DNA of 64,000 bases from a virus. Lineage: Duplodnaviria > Caudoviricetes. The notes under the pieces were generated by a model that saw only the letters and a program-made list of their open reading frames with translations, searched no databases and was not told the DNA's origin. Both the position numbers and the translations under genes were made by a program. This document shows positions 40,542 through 50,653 of this stretch, piece after piece. Position 1 is the first letter of the stretch. Each line of letters begins with the position of its first letter. The stretch is taken from the IMG/VR virus record IMGVR_UViG_3300028738_000008; one strand, written 5' to 3'.

Positions 40542-43500
40542 ATGACAATACCATTTATAGCGACTTGGGACACTACTAAGGTTAGTGGCGGCGGAAGCGA
40601 ATATAATCAAATAAAGCTGCCCTTAGTTAGCGGCGGAACTTATAATTTTGATATTAATTGGGGTGACGGCAATTCGGAAACTATTACTGCATGGGATCAA
40701 TCTGGTACTATGCATAGTTACGAGACTCCTAATATTTACGAAATTAATATAGACGGCGTTATTAACGGCTGGTCGTTTGCAGATAATAATGATCGTCAGA
40801 AATTGCTTGATGTTATACAGTGGGGTGATTTATTAGTTAGCGATGGCGGAAATCAGTTTAACGGCTGTGGATACTTTACATGCAGTGCAACTGATACGTT
40901 AAATATATCTGGAATTACAAACATGTCGTACATGTTTGCCAATTGTTTTGAATTTACACATAATATCAGTAATTGGGATGTATCTAATGTTACAGATATG
41001 TCATACATGCTTCAATACTGTTGGCAATTTAACCACGATCTCAGTAATTGGGATGTTTCAAAGGTTACCAACATGTCAGGATTATTTAACGGCTGTGAAA
41101 GTTTTAATTCAAATATCAGTAATTGGACTGTATCTGGAGTCACCGATATGTCATATATGTTTGATGCGGCTAAAGCATTTAATCAGGATCTTAGCTCTTG
41201 GGATGTTTCGAATGTGACTACAATGTCATATATGTTTTTTAATGCTCAAATATTCAATCAGGATATTAGTTCTTGGAATATATCTGGTGTTACAAACATG
41301 GATAATTTAATATATCTTAATACAGTATTTTCAACTACTAATTATGATAAACTTTTAAATTCATGGTCATTACAAAGTGTTCAGCCAAACGTGCTTCTTG
41401 GCGTATATCAAACAACTTACACAGCGGTAGCAGCAAAAGAAATATTAACGTCTGCACCGAATAACTGGATAATAACTGACGGCGGATTATACTCTGCCGC
41501 AACTACAACCACTACGACAACTGTTATGCCTGCTGGGGAATTTATATCCACTTGGGTGACATCACGTGGCGATAATGCATCATCCAATAGTATTAAATTA
41601 CCGTTAGTTAGCGGCGGTACTTATAGTTTCACTGTAATTTGGGGCGATGGCTCAAGCGATTATATTTCTGCTTGGGATCAAGCAGAAATTAATCATATAT
41701 ATGCATCAGGAGGCACTTATATAGTTGAAATAAATGGATTGATTAATGGGTGGAAATTTATTGGAGGCCATACAGATGAAGAAAAAATAGACAATATAAA
41801 TCAGTGGGGTTGCTTACAGTTTGGAAATGGCGGCGGAATGGGCGGATGTGTAAATTTAAATTGTAGTGCCACAGATATCCCCAATTTAAGCGGTATCACA
41901 GATATGTCGAGTATGTTTTTTAATTGTTATTATTTGGTATTGGATGCGAGTAGCTGGGACGTTTCGAATGCTACTAATATGGCTGGTATGTTTTCTGGCT
42001 GCTATAATTTCAAATCGGATTTAAGCCAATGGCGTACTGGTAATGTCGTTGATATGAGAAGCATGTTTAGTGATTGTAGTAATTTTACTTCAGATTTAAG
42101 TCAATGGGACACTGCTAATGTTACCGATATGTCTGGGATGTTTTATCAGTGTACATCATTCACATCAAATCTAAGCCAATGGATTACTAGTGCTGTTATC
42201 GACATGAATAATATGTTTAATATGTGTACTTTATTTTCATCTGATTTGAGTCAATGGGACGTGTCTAATGTAACTCAAATGTATTTGATGTTTTACAGAT
42301 GTACCAATTTCAACTCAAATCTCAGTGGATGGAATGTATCGAAGGTTATAGACATGGGCGAAATGTATAATTATGCAAAGTTAAGCATAGTAAATTATAG
42401 TAATATGCTTATTAGCTGGTCTATGAAATCTGTGCAATCTGATGTATCATTGGGAGCAAATGATACTCAATATCTACCATCGGCAGAATCAGCCAGAACA
42501 TTTTTAATGAGTGCCCCTAATAATTGGATGATTTCAGATGCTGGGTTATTTTCAGGAACAATAACAAGTTTAGATTTAACATTTGATAATATAAGTAATG
42601 CTGATACGTTGATAGGCGGATCATCATCGGACGTTAGTCTTTGGAATACTTTATTTGATCTGCCTAATAATGGTACATCATTTACATCTGTTGCTGTTGA
42701 TGGAAACACAGTTAGTTTAGATGGCGGTGTTAATATTCATTTAAGGGATTATTTATTCATAAATAACGTATCATTATTATCTATTGTTGCCGTTAATTGC
42801 GTTACAACAGCTGGAGATAGTTGTTTTCAGAATTGCACAGCAGCAACAAGCTTTAGTTTACCAGCCTTAACAACAGCTGGAGATAGTTGTTTTTATAATT
42901 GCACAGCAGCAACAAGCTTTAGTTTACCAGCCTTAACAACAGCTGGAAACGGTTGTTTTTATTTTTGTACAGCAGCAACAAGCTTTAGTTTACCAGCCTT
43001 AACAACTGTTGGAGATAGTTGTTTTCAGAATTGCACAGCAGCAACAAGCTTTAGTTTACCAGCCTTAATAACTGTTGGAGATTATTGTTTTTATTTATGC
43101 ACAGCAGCAACAACATTTGATCTTAGTTCTTGTACTAATTTAGGTGGTACAACTGGGGACAATAATGTGTTTTATGGTATATCTACGAATTCAATTGATT
43201 TAACAATACCATCAGCCTTGTTGACTGTTAATAACGGTAATCCTGATGGTGATATTCAATACCTTCAAGCAAATAACACTGTTACAATAGTTCGAATGGT
43301 ATTACAGAAGAAGATTCAGCCTAAAATATTTACTGAATATGACCCAACAGATGTAAATAATATGGCTTCTGGATTTTCTTTGGGTCAGGTTTGGCATAAT
43401 ACATTAACAAATAAAGAATTCATTCATGATAGTGATGGCGTATGGATATCGAATAATATAATTGTTGAGGATTCATTCAATGGTATTTATGTTTTATACC

Positions 43501-43574
43501 AAAATGAGTATGATGCATTAAATTTTCCTGTTGATGGTATCTTATATTTCGTCAGAGAAGTGCAATTAACATAA
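40542..43574 (+). CDS. modular adhesin: two DUF285-type repeat domains, BspA-LRR, QPK module
   Basis: INWGDG (PKD-like), WDVSNVTDMSYMF repeats, TTAGDSCF.NCTAATSFSLPAL repeats, MVLQKKIQPK. Confidence 0.8.
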   Translation: MTIPFIATWDTTKVSGGGSEYNQIKLPLVSGGTYNFDINWGDGNSETITAWDQSGTMHSYETPNIYEINIDGVINGWSFADNNDRQKLLDVIQWGDLLVSDGGNQFNGCGYFTCSATDTLNISGITNMSYMFANCFEFTHNISNWDVSNVTDMSYMLQYCWQFNHDLSNWDVSKVTNMSGLFNGCESFNSNISNWTVSGVTDMSYMFDAAKAFNQDLSSWDVSNVTTMSYMFFNAQIFNQDISSWNISGVTNMDNLIYLNTVFSTTNYDKLLNSWSLQSVQPNVLLGVYQTTYTAVAAKEILTSAPNNWIITDGGLYSAATTTTTTTVMPAGEFISTWVTSRGDNASSNSIKLPLVSGGTYSFTVIWGDGSSDYISAWDQAEINHIYASGGTYIVEINGLINGWKFIGGHTDEEKIDNINQWGCLQFGNGGGMGGCVNLNCSATDIPNLSGITDMSSMFFNCYYLVLDASSWDVSNATNMAGMFSGCYNFKSDLSQWRTGNVVDMRSMFSDCSNFTSDLSQWDTANVTDMSGMFYQCTSFTSNLSQWITSAVIDMNNMFNMCTLFSSDLSQWDVSNVTQMYLMFYRCTNFNSNLSGWNVSKVIDMGEMYNYAKLSIVNYSNMLISWSMKSVQSDVSLGANDTQYLPSAESARTFLMSAPNNWMISDAGLFSGTITSLDLTFDNISNADTLIGGSSSDVSLWNTLFDLPNNGTSFTSVAVDGNTVSLDGGVNIHLRDYLFINNVSLLSIVAVNCVTTAGDSCFQNCTAATSFSLPALTTAGDSCFYNCTAATSFSLPALTTAGNGCFYFCTAATSFSLPALTTVGDSCFQNCTAATSFSLPALITVGDYCFYLCTAATTFDLSSCTNLGGTTGDNNVFYGISTNSIDLTIPSALLTVNNGNPDGDIQYLQANNTVTIVRMVLQKKIQPKIFTEYDPTDVNNMASGFSLGQVWHNTLTNKEFIHDSDGVWISNNIIVEDSFNGIYVLYQNEYDALNFPVDGILYFVREVQLT
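42804..43112 (+). repeat. about 4.7 x 66-bp tandem repeat encoding 22-aa LRR units
   Basis: Units start at 42804, 42870, 42936, 43002 and 43068 and are near-identical at DNA level. Confidence 0.92.
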
Positions 43575-43587
43575 TAAATAAAATACT

Positions 43588-43851
43588 ATGACATTACAGA
43601 AGAAAATACAGCCTAAGTTATTCTCGGATAGAAATCCCACTGAAAATGATAATATAAGTACAGGATTTTCTTTGGGTCAGATTTGGCGCAACGTATTAAC
43701 CAATGACGAATATATTCATTTTTCGGATGGTATTTGGTATTTAGCTAATTTGAAAACTAATAATACTTTCACAGGTGTTTACGTACTAACACTGGCAGAT
43801 TATAACTTAATAACGCCTGATGCAAATATCTTATACATTTTAAAACAATAA
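43588..43851 (+). CDS. stand-alone QPK-module protein
   Basis: MTLQKKIQPKLFSDRNP...GFSLGQIW.N; homologous to internal modules of neighbouring genes. Confidence 0.75.
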   Translation: MTLQKKIQPKLFSDRNPTENDNISTGFSLGQIWRNVLTNDEYIHFSDGIWYLANLKTNNTFTGVYVLTLADYNLITPDANILYILKQ

Positions 43852-43853
43852 AT

Positions 43854-44957
43854 ATGGCAAGTTTAGATTTAACATTTGATAATATAAGTAATGCTGATAC
43901 ATTAATAGGAGGATCATCATCAAGCATTACAATTTGGAACAGATTTTTCGACATATCTAATAATGGGTCGCCATTTACATCAGTTATTGTGAGTGGAAAT
44001 ACTGTTGGCTTATCAGGTGCTACAAATATTAATTTAAGAGACGGTTTATTCCAAGGTATTGCGTCAATATTGTCTGTGGAAGATAATGCACATTGCGTAA
44101 CAACAGCTGGTAATAATTGTTTTGCTAATTGCGAATTCGTAGCATCCCTTAATTTTCCAGTATTAATATCTGCTGGCGATAGTTGTTTTATTAGCTGCAT
44201 CGCATTAACGTCTATAAATTTTCCACTATTAGCAACAGCTGGTAATTATTGCTTCGGATTGTGTTCGCCAACCACTATTTACTTACCGTCTCTAATAATC
44301 GCAAGCCCTAATTGTTTCAATAGTTGTAGATTCACAACGAATTTTAATTTGCCTTTAACGACAACAGTTGGTTTCAACTGTTTTGAAGGTTGCGTATCTG
44401 TTGCATTATTAAATTTGTCGTCATGTTTAAATTTAGGCGAATCTGTTGATGATAACAGCGTATTTGCAAGCATAATCGGCAAGACATTCACATTATTGAT
44501 ACCAGTAGCATTGTCAACATGTAATGCAGGCTCGCCAGACGGCGATATCCAATATTTATTATCTAATGATAATGTGACTATTAATTACATATTACCACCA
44601 ATGGTATTACAGAAGAAGATTCAGCCTAAAATATTCGCTGAATATAATCCAACAGATGTAAATAATATGGCTTCTGGATTTTCTTTGGGTCAGGTTTGGC
44701 GTAACACATTAACCAATAAAGAGTTTTTACATAGAACAGATGACGAATGGATTCCTTTGAGTTTTATTATTGATAATTCATTCGACGGAATTCAAGCAGC
44801 TTCAGATAGTATAACCATTCTCCCAACAAGTGAAAACCCTATCGGGGCATTCCTTGGTAATGAAAAGATAATAGCAGTATATTTTAACGGTGTAAAGATA
44901 TATGATTGGAGCAGTATTATTGGTACAACTACAACAACCACGCTGCCGCCTGTTTAA
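43854..44957 (+). CDS. BspA-LRR protein with QPK module
   Basis: MASLDLTFDNISNAD, LRRs, PDGDIQYL cap, MVLQKKIQPK. Confidence 0.78.
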   Translation: MASLDLTFDNISNADTLIGGSSSSITIWNRFFDISNNGSPFTSVIVSGNTVGLSGATNINLRDGLFQGIASILSVEDNAHCVTTAGNNCFANCEFVASLNFPVLISAGDSCFISCIALTSINFPLLATAGNYCFGLCSPTTIYLPSLIIASPNCFNSCRFTTNFNLPLTTTVGFNCFEGCVSVALLNLSSCLNLGESVDDNSVFASIIGKTFTLLIPVALSTCNAGSPDGDIQYLLSNDNVTINYILPPMVLQKKIQPKIFAEYNPTDVNNMASGFSLGQVWRNTLTNKEFLHRTDDEWIPLSFIIDNSFDGIQAASDSITILPTSENPIGAFLGNEKIIAVYFNGVKIYDWSSIIGTTTTTTLPPV

Positions 44958-45036
44958 TATTTTAGAAACTAAAAGCTTACTATTTATACTTGATTACAAT
45001 AACATTAAAGGGAATGATAGTATACAGTTAAATATA

Positions 45037-45822
45037 ATGAATTTAAAACAGATTATAAAGGAAGTCATTAACGAAATTTATTACGAAGATGACTACGAAG
45101 CCATATCCGATGTATACGAGAAACTTGGCGAAATGATTTATAAACTTTTTTCAGACTTTTTGTATGAAAACAATCAGGATATGACAAAGAACGTATCGTG
45201 GCAGTTAATTCCATTCAATAGGCTGAAAAAAATCCTCGAAGACTTTATTCGTACTAAATTGGTCAGGGATGAAAAGGGAATTGACTATATTGAAGCGATT
45301 ATGTATCGTAATATCCTAAAAATAATGGCATTCACTATGCTGCTCGGTCATCAGCAAGACGATCCAGAGGAACATTACGAGCAACATCTTGGTCAATTCG
45401 TCGATGAGTTTCTTGAATCTGATAAAAATAAGCCAGAGTACGCTTTTCTAAATAAGTTATATGAAGAAGACTATCTCGAAGATGATGAAAATAGACGAAC
45501 AATATTGTATGAGGCTTTAAAAGATAGATTCATGGACTATTACGCCGAAGACCCTAAATCAGGTCAAGCATATATTAGCGATTTTGGCTTAAGACCATTG
45601 GAAGTTTTATTGAAAACATTATTAATGGAAAGAGAACCTGAGAAGAAGATCGTCACAATAGACAAAATGTTGAACGTAATACACCAACGATCAGATATAG
45701 CAGCATGGTTTATTGAAGGTGGTACAAAGGCTCTTTCAGATATTAGCGGCTACTATGGGGCTGAAAATGATAAAGACGACAGCGTTGTTTCTGGACAATA
45801 TCGCATGCATGACTATCGTTAA
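45037..45822 (+). CDS. hypothetical acidic protein
   Basis: Likely start MNLKQIIKEVINE at 45037, inside ORF 44902..45822. Confidence 0.7.
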   Translation: MNLKQIIKEVINEIYYEDDYEAISDVYEKLGEMIYKLFSDFLYENNQDMTKNVSWQLIPFNRLKKILEDFIRTKLVRDEKGIDYIEAIMYRNILKIMAFTMLLGHQQDDPEEHYEQHLGQFVDEFLESDKNKPEYAFLNKLYEEDYLEDDENRRTILYEALKDRFMDYYAEDPKSGQAYISDFGLRPLEVLLKTLLMEREPEKKIVTIDKMLNVIHQRSDIAAWFIEGGTKALSDISGYYGAENDKDDSVVSGQYRMHDYR

Positions 45823-45857
45823 ATAATAATTATCGTATTTATAAAAAAATATTGATC

Positions 45858-46073
45858 ATGAGCGTATTATTAGAAATTATAGATGGATGGAAAAACTTCA
45901 TCTTTGAAAACAAGGAAGTCGAAATAGAGGCAAAACGTCGAATAACAATATGCGTTGATTGTGAATTTTTTACGAGTAGAAATACATGCGAAAAATGCGG
46001 ATGTTATATGCCTTTTAAAACAAGAAGTCTTAAATCGAAATGTGCTCTGCCAGAGCCTTTAAAAAAATGGTAA
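45858..46073 (+). CDS. small Cys-rich putative zinc-binding protein
   Basis: C..C......C..CGC.M..K......C....KW. Confidence 0.7.
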   Translation: MSVLLEIIDGWKNFIFENKEVEIEAKRRITICVDCEFFTSRNTCEKCGCYMPFKTRSLKSKCALPEPLKKW

Positions 46074-46144
46074 TGATAAATTCAAAGTCATGTAAAGGCT
46101 GAATCCAGAATTTATAAACGAACAGGATACGCCAGTTTCTGGCG

Positions 46145-46185
46145 AAACAATATTGCTCAGTTACTTAAACTGAGCAATATTGTTT
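46145..46185. terminator. 18-bp perfect inverted repeat at the end of convergent genes
   Basis: AAACAATATTGCTCAGTT-ACTTA-AACTGAGCAATATTGTTT. Confidence 0.6.
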
Positions 46186-46709
46186 GCAACCATATCGTAA
46201 AGATATTGTTTAATAAAAATACCCTTAATCTTTGGACTAGCTTTTTCAAATGTTGTAAATGGAACTTCCTCGCCGCCATCGGTGTAAAGAGAAACGGCAA
46301 TGTCACTCCATTCAACATGACTTATCAATGACGACGTTTCGTCTGGCATATCGTAGTCACTGCTTCTATTGCTTTGATTGTCCATAAGACATTTGACATT
46401 TACGCCATTCATATATATCTGAAATGAAACAGGCTCTTTGGTAGGGTCAAATGTATAATTAATATCGCTAATGTATTCAAGATCAAAATTACAACTATCG
46501 TTATCATTTTTTTCTTTGATGTTCGAATCTATAACGTTTTCCTTAATCTTATTTCTATTTGATATAGAGTCGATTACGAATTGTTTTTGGAAATCTTCGC
46601 TTGCAAGCAATTGCGCTTTTTCGTCTTCGCTAACTTGCTTATCGTTATTAAGATAGTCGAAGTTTGATATTTCTTCGTTTATGGTTCTAATAATGTCTTT
46701 ACTTATCAT
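46161..46709 (-). CDS. hypothetical protein
   Basis: 182 aa, begins MISKDIIRTINEEI. Confidence 0.7.
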   Translation of the reverse strand: MISKDIIRTINEEISNFDYLNNDKQVSEDEKAQLLASEDFQKQFVIDSISNRNKIKENVIDSNIKEKNDNDSCNFDLEYISDINYTFDPTKEPVSFQIYMNGVNVKCLMDNQSNRSSDYDMPDETSSLISHVEWSDIAVSLYTDGGEEVPFTTFEKASPKIKGIFIKQYLYDMVANNIAQFK

Positions 46710-46735
46710 GATTATAATATTTTATATAAATACGC

Positions 46736-47224
46736 TTAAATTTTATTAATGATCTTATTTTCGAAATCTTCAATAGCATTATCAACATTTTCCATTGTAT
46801 TGCTAACGTCTTCAATAGCATTATCAACATCATGTCCTATTTCATCTGTTTTACGCTCAATCTTTTCAGATAATTCTTCGATGATTTTATCAACGTCGTC
46901 AATAACATCGTCAACATCAACGCCAATTTCCTCTGTTTGGCGTTCAATCTTTTCAGATAATTCTTCGATCTTTTTTATAATACTATCAGTTCTAGCACCG
47001 CCTAATTTAGATGTATAGCCTAATACTGGTAAGGCGACTCCTTGAAAGAACACGGATACAATATATTGCATCCATCCGACCAGTCCGACTGGCTGCACGA
47101 AAAATAGTGGCACAATTACCAATAAAGATATAATCCAAAACATTGTCATAGAAGACAGTGAATCAGATAGTACCATTGCAAAGCTTTCCATCAAATTTTT
47201 ATATTTTTCTATGAACTTAGACAT
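46736..47224 (-). CDS. membrane protein with two transmembrane segments and an acidic coiled coil (DUF1003-like)
   Basis: MFWIISLLVIVPLFFV, WMQYIVSVFFQGVALPVL; duplicated KIIEELSEKIER. Confidence 0.6.
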   Translation of the reverse strand: MSKFIEKYKNLMESFAMVLSDSLSSMTMFWIISLLVIVPLFFVQPVGLVGWMQYIVSVFFQGVALPVLGYTSKLGGARTDSIIKKIEELSEKIERQTEEIGVDVDDVIDDVDKIIEELSEKIERKTDEIGHDVDNAIEDVSNTMENVDNAIEDFENKIINKI

Positions 47225-47295
47225 AATGATTGGGTTTTATATAAATACTTAACACAATAATTAAGGTATAAGTATTTATATGAAAAGTAATTCAA

Positions 47296-47670
47296 ATGAT
47301 GTATGATATAATAATAATGGCGGCTATCAAGGATTTTGAGAAAATTGAATTCGTTTATAACAGTATTCTAAAAAACCTTCCGAAGGAGTATAATAAAATT
47401 TATTGCTTCACGCCTGTAGAATCATTCGGAAAAATAGAAGGCATTACATATATGCTTGATAGTGATGTTTTAAAGGTTGATATGTCTAGCGTCAACTTCA
47501 ATCCTAGTTGGCCTTCGGTACTTGATAATTACGTATTTGCTTACATTGGTACTCGTAGAAATATCTCGTTAACAATACCGACAGCACTGATGACAGTAAA
47601 CGGCGGACAACGTGATGGCGATATTGCAAGCTTATCAGTTTCACATAATTTAAATGTTATTTTAGTATAA
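47296..47670 (+). CDS. chimeric protein: glycosyltransferase-like N-terminus fused to an LRR C-terminal cap
   Basis: YDIIIMAAIKDFEKI... then ISLTIPTALMTVNGGQRDGDI, which matches the cap of the LRR proteins. Confidence 0.5.
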   Translation: MMYDIIIMAAIKDFEKIEFVYNSILKNLPKEYNKIYCFTPVESFGKIEGITYMLDSDVLKVDMSSVNFNPSWPSVLDNYVFAYIGTRRNISLTIPTALMTVNGGQRDGDIASLSVSHNLNVILV

Positions 47671-47681
47671 AATATTTATAA

Positions 47682-50597
47682 ATGGCAAAACTAACTACTA
47701 ATCTCATAACAGGCATTGAGATGCTTCTAACGGGTTTCGATGTTAGCGGAAATACGGTCACCGAAACAGACCCCACAGTTCCAACATATGTTAAAGCCAT
47801 AACGACTGGCGATATATCTAGCTGGAACTCAAAACAACAAGCTGGTAATTATTTAGTTCAAGGTGATGTTATTGCTACCGATGCTTTGGGTCGTAATAAA
47901 TTGAAAATGTACATAACTGTTAATCCGTCAAACGTTGACATGAATGCATGTAACATTACTATACCAGCTCTAAAATACAATAAGAAGGTAGCATTTTCGC
48001 ATTCAAGTGACGATAGTGACATCCTTGTTCATTCTTTATGGCAAGAATATTGCAACGGACATTGGATAGATGATATACTGTGGATTAATAGTCAACCATT
48101 TCATGAATTGACTCCAAGAACTACTGGTAGTTATGCTCCACGAATTTTACGAAGTACTGACGGATGCGGAAATGACATTAGATTTAGAATGACTTTAGCT
48201 TATCTGTCATATAATGGTGCTGGAACTAATTTATTAACATCAACGAATCTTGCTTCACCATACTCACAGAAAACAGACATTCAAAAAATGCTTGATTTTT
48301 TTGGCGACATATCTAATCATGGTCAAGGTATTCCCAATGGCGGTAAACTTGGCGTTGATGGCGACTGGTATGACTCATTAACTGGAACAGAAAATAACTT
48401 TAATACAAATATGGGATTCAAGCCCGCCACAGTCTGTCAGGCTGACGGCGATATAAATTATTTGTATGCTGCGCAGATTATGGACGAGATTTATATGATG
48501 ACAGATAATCTGGTAAAATATGACCCATTTAATGCCGCTGATAACGCTGCGGACATAGATAAATTATGTATCAACAGACGATCCATAGTAAGCATGATAT
48601 CATTTACAGGTAATACAACAGACGTTCAAACAAGCTTAATTGCTGCTCATAATGCATGCGTAGCAGACCCTTCAAAAAGATATTGGTTAATTAGCGGCGG
48701 ACATAATTGGTCAGCATCGGCAAATATGCATAATGACGCCGTAGGCTTTCTTAATTATATTCATGATCATTATGGCGCAGGCGGCGACGATTCCATTTGG
48801 TTTGCAGGTATGTCAGAAATCTACGAATATTTGTTTTTAAGAAAACTTATAAAGAATAATATTGTGAAAACAATTTCAGGCAATACAATAATGTTTGAGT
48901 TTGAAATCCCAGATCCTTATAATGTGTCGTGGAAGGAATTATCATTCCTTATATCTGGAATCGCAAATATGAATGACGTTATCACATTCAGCGTTGATGG
49001 GCCAGCATATGGCGTATCCAAGGCTATTAATGACTCGTCATTATTGGTGAATATTGATTACAATAAAAACAGTAAAGCATTAGCTGAAAAGTATTTGGCT
49101 TTAGCTATTGCATCCCCAACAAGTGAGAGAGTTGCTGATGCATATTATTTTATAAATAGACTCAACCCAAATATCAACTCGGTGTTAAGAAGTAAATTAT
49201 CAACATATGCAATAGCACCAACATTAAACTCAATCGTTATCAATAATAATGACACCTCAACCGCAAATAGATTGGTAACAATATCTTTAAGTTATACTGG
49301 CTACATGTCCGAATATATGGTATCTGAAACATCAACATTTTCAGGTGCTACTTGGAATGTGTTAACAACAACATCATTTCCATATACTTTCGCAACAAGT
49401 ATCATTGAGACAAAAACGATATATGTGAAAATTAGAAATGCTTATGGCGTGTCAGCAACTATGGTCGATTCAATTAGTTATCTTGGCTTAGTGTTATCAT
49501 TTAATTCAGTTATTATTAATTCTGGCGCAGGTACTACACAAACTGCTGAGGTGGTTGTGTCTACGACATATAGTAATAGTACGCCGACATACTATAGAAT
49601 TGGCGAAACACCCGATCTATCAACAAATCTTTGGATTACATGGACTGGATCGCAAATATCCTATAACTTAACAGCATTGGGAACACGAACCGTATACGTT
49701 CAATTACAGGATAATATCACAACAACAAATACCCTTAGTGACTCGATTCTATATTCGCCAATTGATCTTAAATCGGTTATAATTAATAGTGGCTCAACAT
49801 CAACCCCCGATCAAATAGTACACATTGCATTTAATTACTTAGGATATCCTACTGATTATATGCTATCGGAAAATGCTGACTTTTCGGGTGCTACATGGAC
49901 TCAGTGGATAGGAGGCTCAGGATCAACCGTCACGTTTACTCTTAGTTTGAATAACGGTGTAAAAACGGTATATGGAAAAATGCGAGACATTAATAGTTAT
50001 GAGAGTGTTGTTGTTAATGATACAATATCATTAGCGATTGCATCTGCAAAAAGAATGAAAGCAAGTTTAACAACGTATAGTGGAACATCGCCATTTGTCA
50101 GTTTAGTATCAAATGGCGAAACTTGGAATCAAGGAAAACCATCAGTTACTTCAAAAGCATTGAAGGATACAAATGGTAATGCATACTGTAGTGTTATAGC
50201 ATCATACACTGGCATAATATCAGCATCTTTACCAATTCCTATGACTGGCACAGTTTATGACGCCGTGTTGTCAGGTGGGCTTGTATGGTACACAGGATCG
50301 CCAGTGGTTTACACTATACCGTTTATTATTACATTCACAGGTTTGGTTGTTGGTAAAATAATAAGAGTTAAAGTATTTGGCACTGATAACAGATCAACCG
50401 AGCAACATGGTGCAGTGACTATATCTGGCATTGGTTCTGAAACGCAGGCAATAAATCCTAAATATAATGTATCGAATATAAACATATTTGAAAACGTTGT
50501 AGTGCCAAGCAACGGTAGTATTACACTTAGTTTAGTTGGCGTTACGCCTGATACTAAAACTTGCATTCAGATTGTTGAATTTGAAGAAGTGGGTTAA
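47682..50597 (+). CDS. polysaccharide deacetylase-like domain plus Ig-like repeats
   Basis: LKYNKKVAFSHSSDD, ISNHG, ISGGH; four SV.IN.G..ST repeats with Y..SE...FSGATW. Confidence 0.55.
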   Translation: MAKLTTNLITGIEMLLTGFDVSGNTVTETDPTVPTYVKAITTGDISSWNSKQQAGNYLVQGDVIATDALGRNKLKMYITVNPSNVDMNACNITIPALKYNKKVAFSHSSDDSDILVHSLWQEYCNGHWIDDILWINSQPFHELTPRTTGSYAPRILRSTDGCGNDIRFRMTLAYLSYNGAGTNLLTSTNLASPYSQKTDIQKMLDFFGDISNHGQGIPNGGKLGVDGDWYDSLTGTENNFNTNMGFKPATVCQADGDINYLYAAQIMDEIYMMTDNLVKYDPFNAADNAADIDKLCINRRSIVSMISFTGNTTDVQTSLIAAHNACVADPSKRYWLISGGHNWSASANMHNDAVGFLNYIHDHYGAGGDDSIWFAGMSEIYEYLFLRKLIKNNIVKTISGNTIMFEFEIPDPYNVSWKELSFLISGIANMNDVITFSVDGPAYGVSKAINDSSLLVNIDYNKNSKALAEKYLALAIASPTSERVADAYYFINRLNPNINSVLRSKLSTYAIAPTLNSIVINNNDTSTANRLVTISLSYTGYMSEYMVSETSTFSGATWNVLTTTSFPYTFATSIIETKTIYVKIRNAYGVSATMVDSISYLGLVLSFNSVIINSGAGTTQTAEVVVSTTYSNSTPTYYRIGETPDLSTNLWITWTGSQISYNLTALGTRTVYVQLQDNITTTNTLSDSILYSPIDLKSVIINSGSTSTPDQIVHIAFNYLGYPTDYMLSENADFSGATWTQWIGGSGSTVTFTLSLNNGVKTVYGKMRDINSYESVVVNDTISLAIASAKRMKASLTTYSGTSPFVSLVSNGETWNQGKPSVTSKALKDTNGNAYCSVIASYTGIISASLPIPMTGTVYDAVLSGGLVWYTGSPVVYTIPFIITFTGLVVGKIIRVKVFGTDNRSTEQHGAVTISGIGSETQAINPKYNVSNINIFENVVVPSNGSITLSLVGVTPDTKTCIQIVEFEEVG

Positions 50598-50601
50598 AAC
50601 A

Positions 50602-50636
50602 CTTGCAAGATACTGATATTAATAGTATCTTGCAAG
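50602..50636 (+). promoter_or_regulatory. palindromic Bacteroidota-type promoter
   Basis: CTTGCAAGATACT-N9-AGTATCTTGCAAG; CTTG N20 TATCTTGC. Confidence 0.55.
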
Positions 50637-50653
50637 CCTAAAAAATATATGAT

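Noticed and set aside
42804-43112. CRISPR array
   Set aside because: Contiguous in-frame 66-bp coding repeats without unique spacers; no cas genes.
43302-44725. Diversity-generating retroelement TR/VR pair
   Set aside because: Differences between the copies include C, T and G changes rather than only adenines, both copies are coding, and there is no reverse transcriptase in the window.
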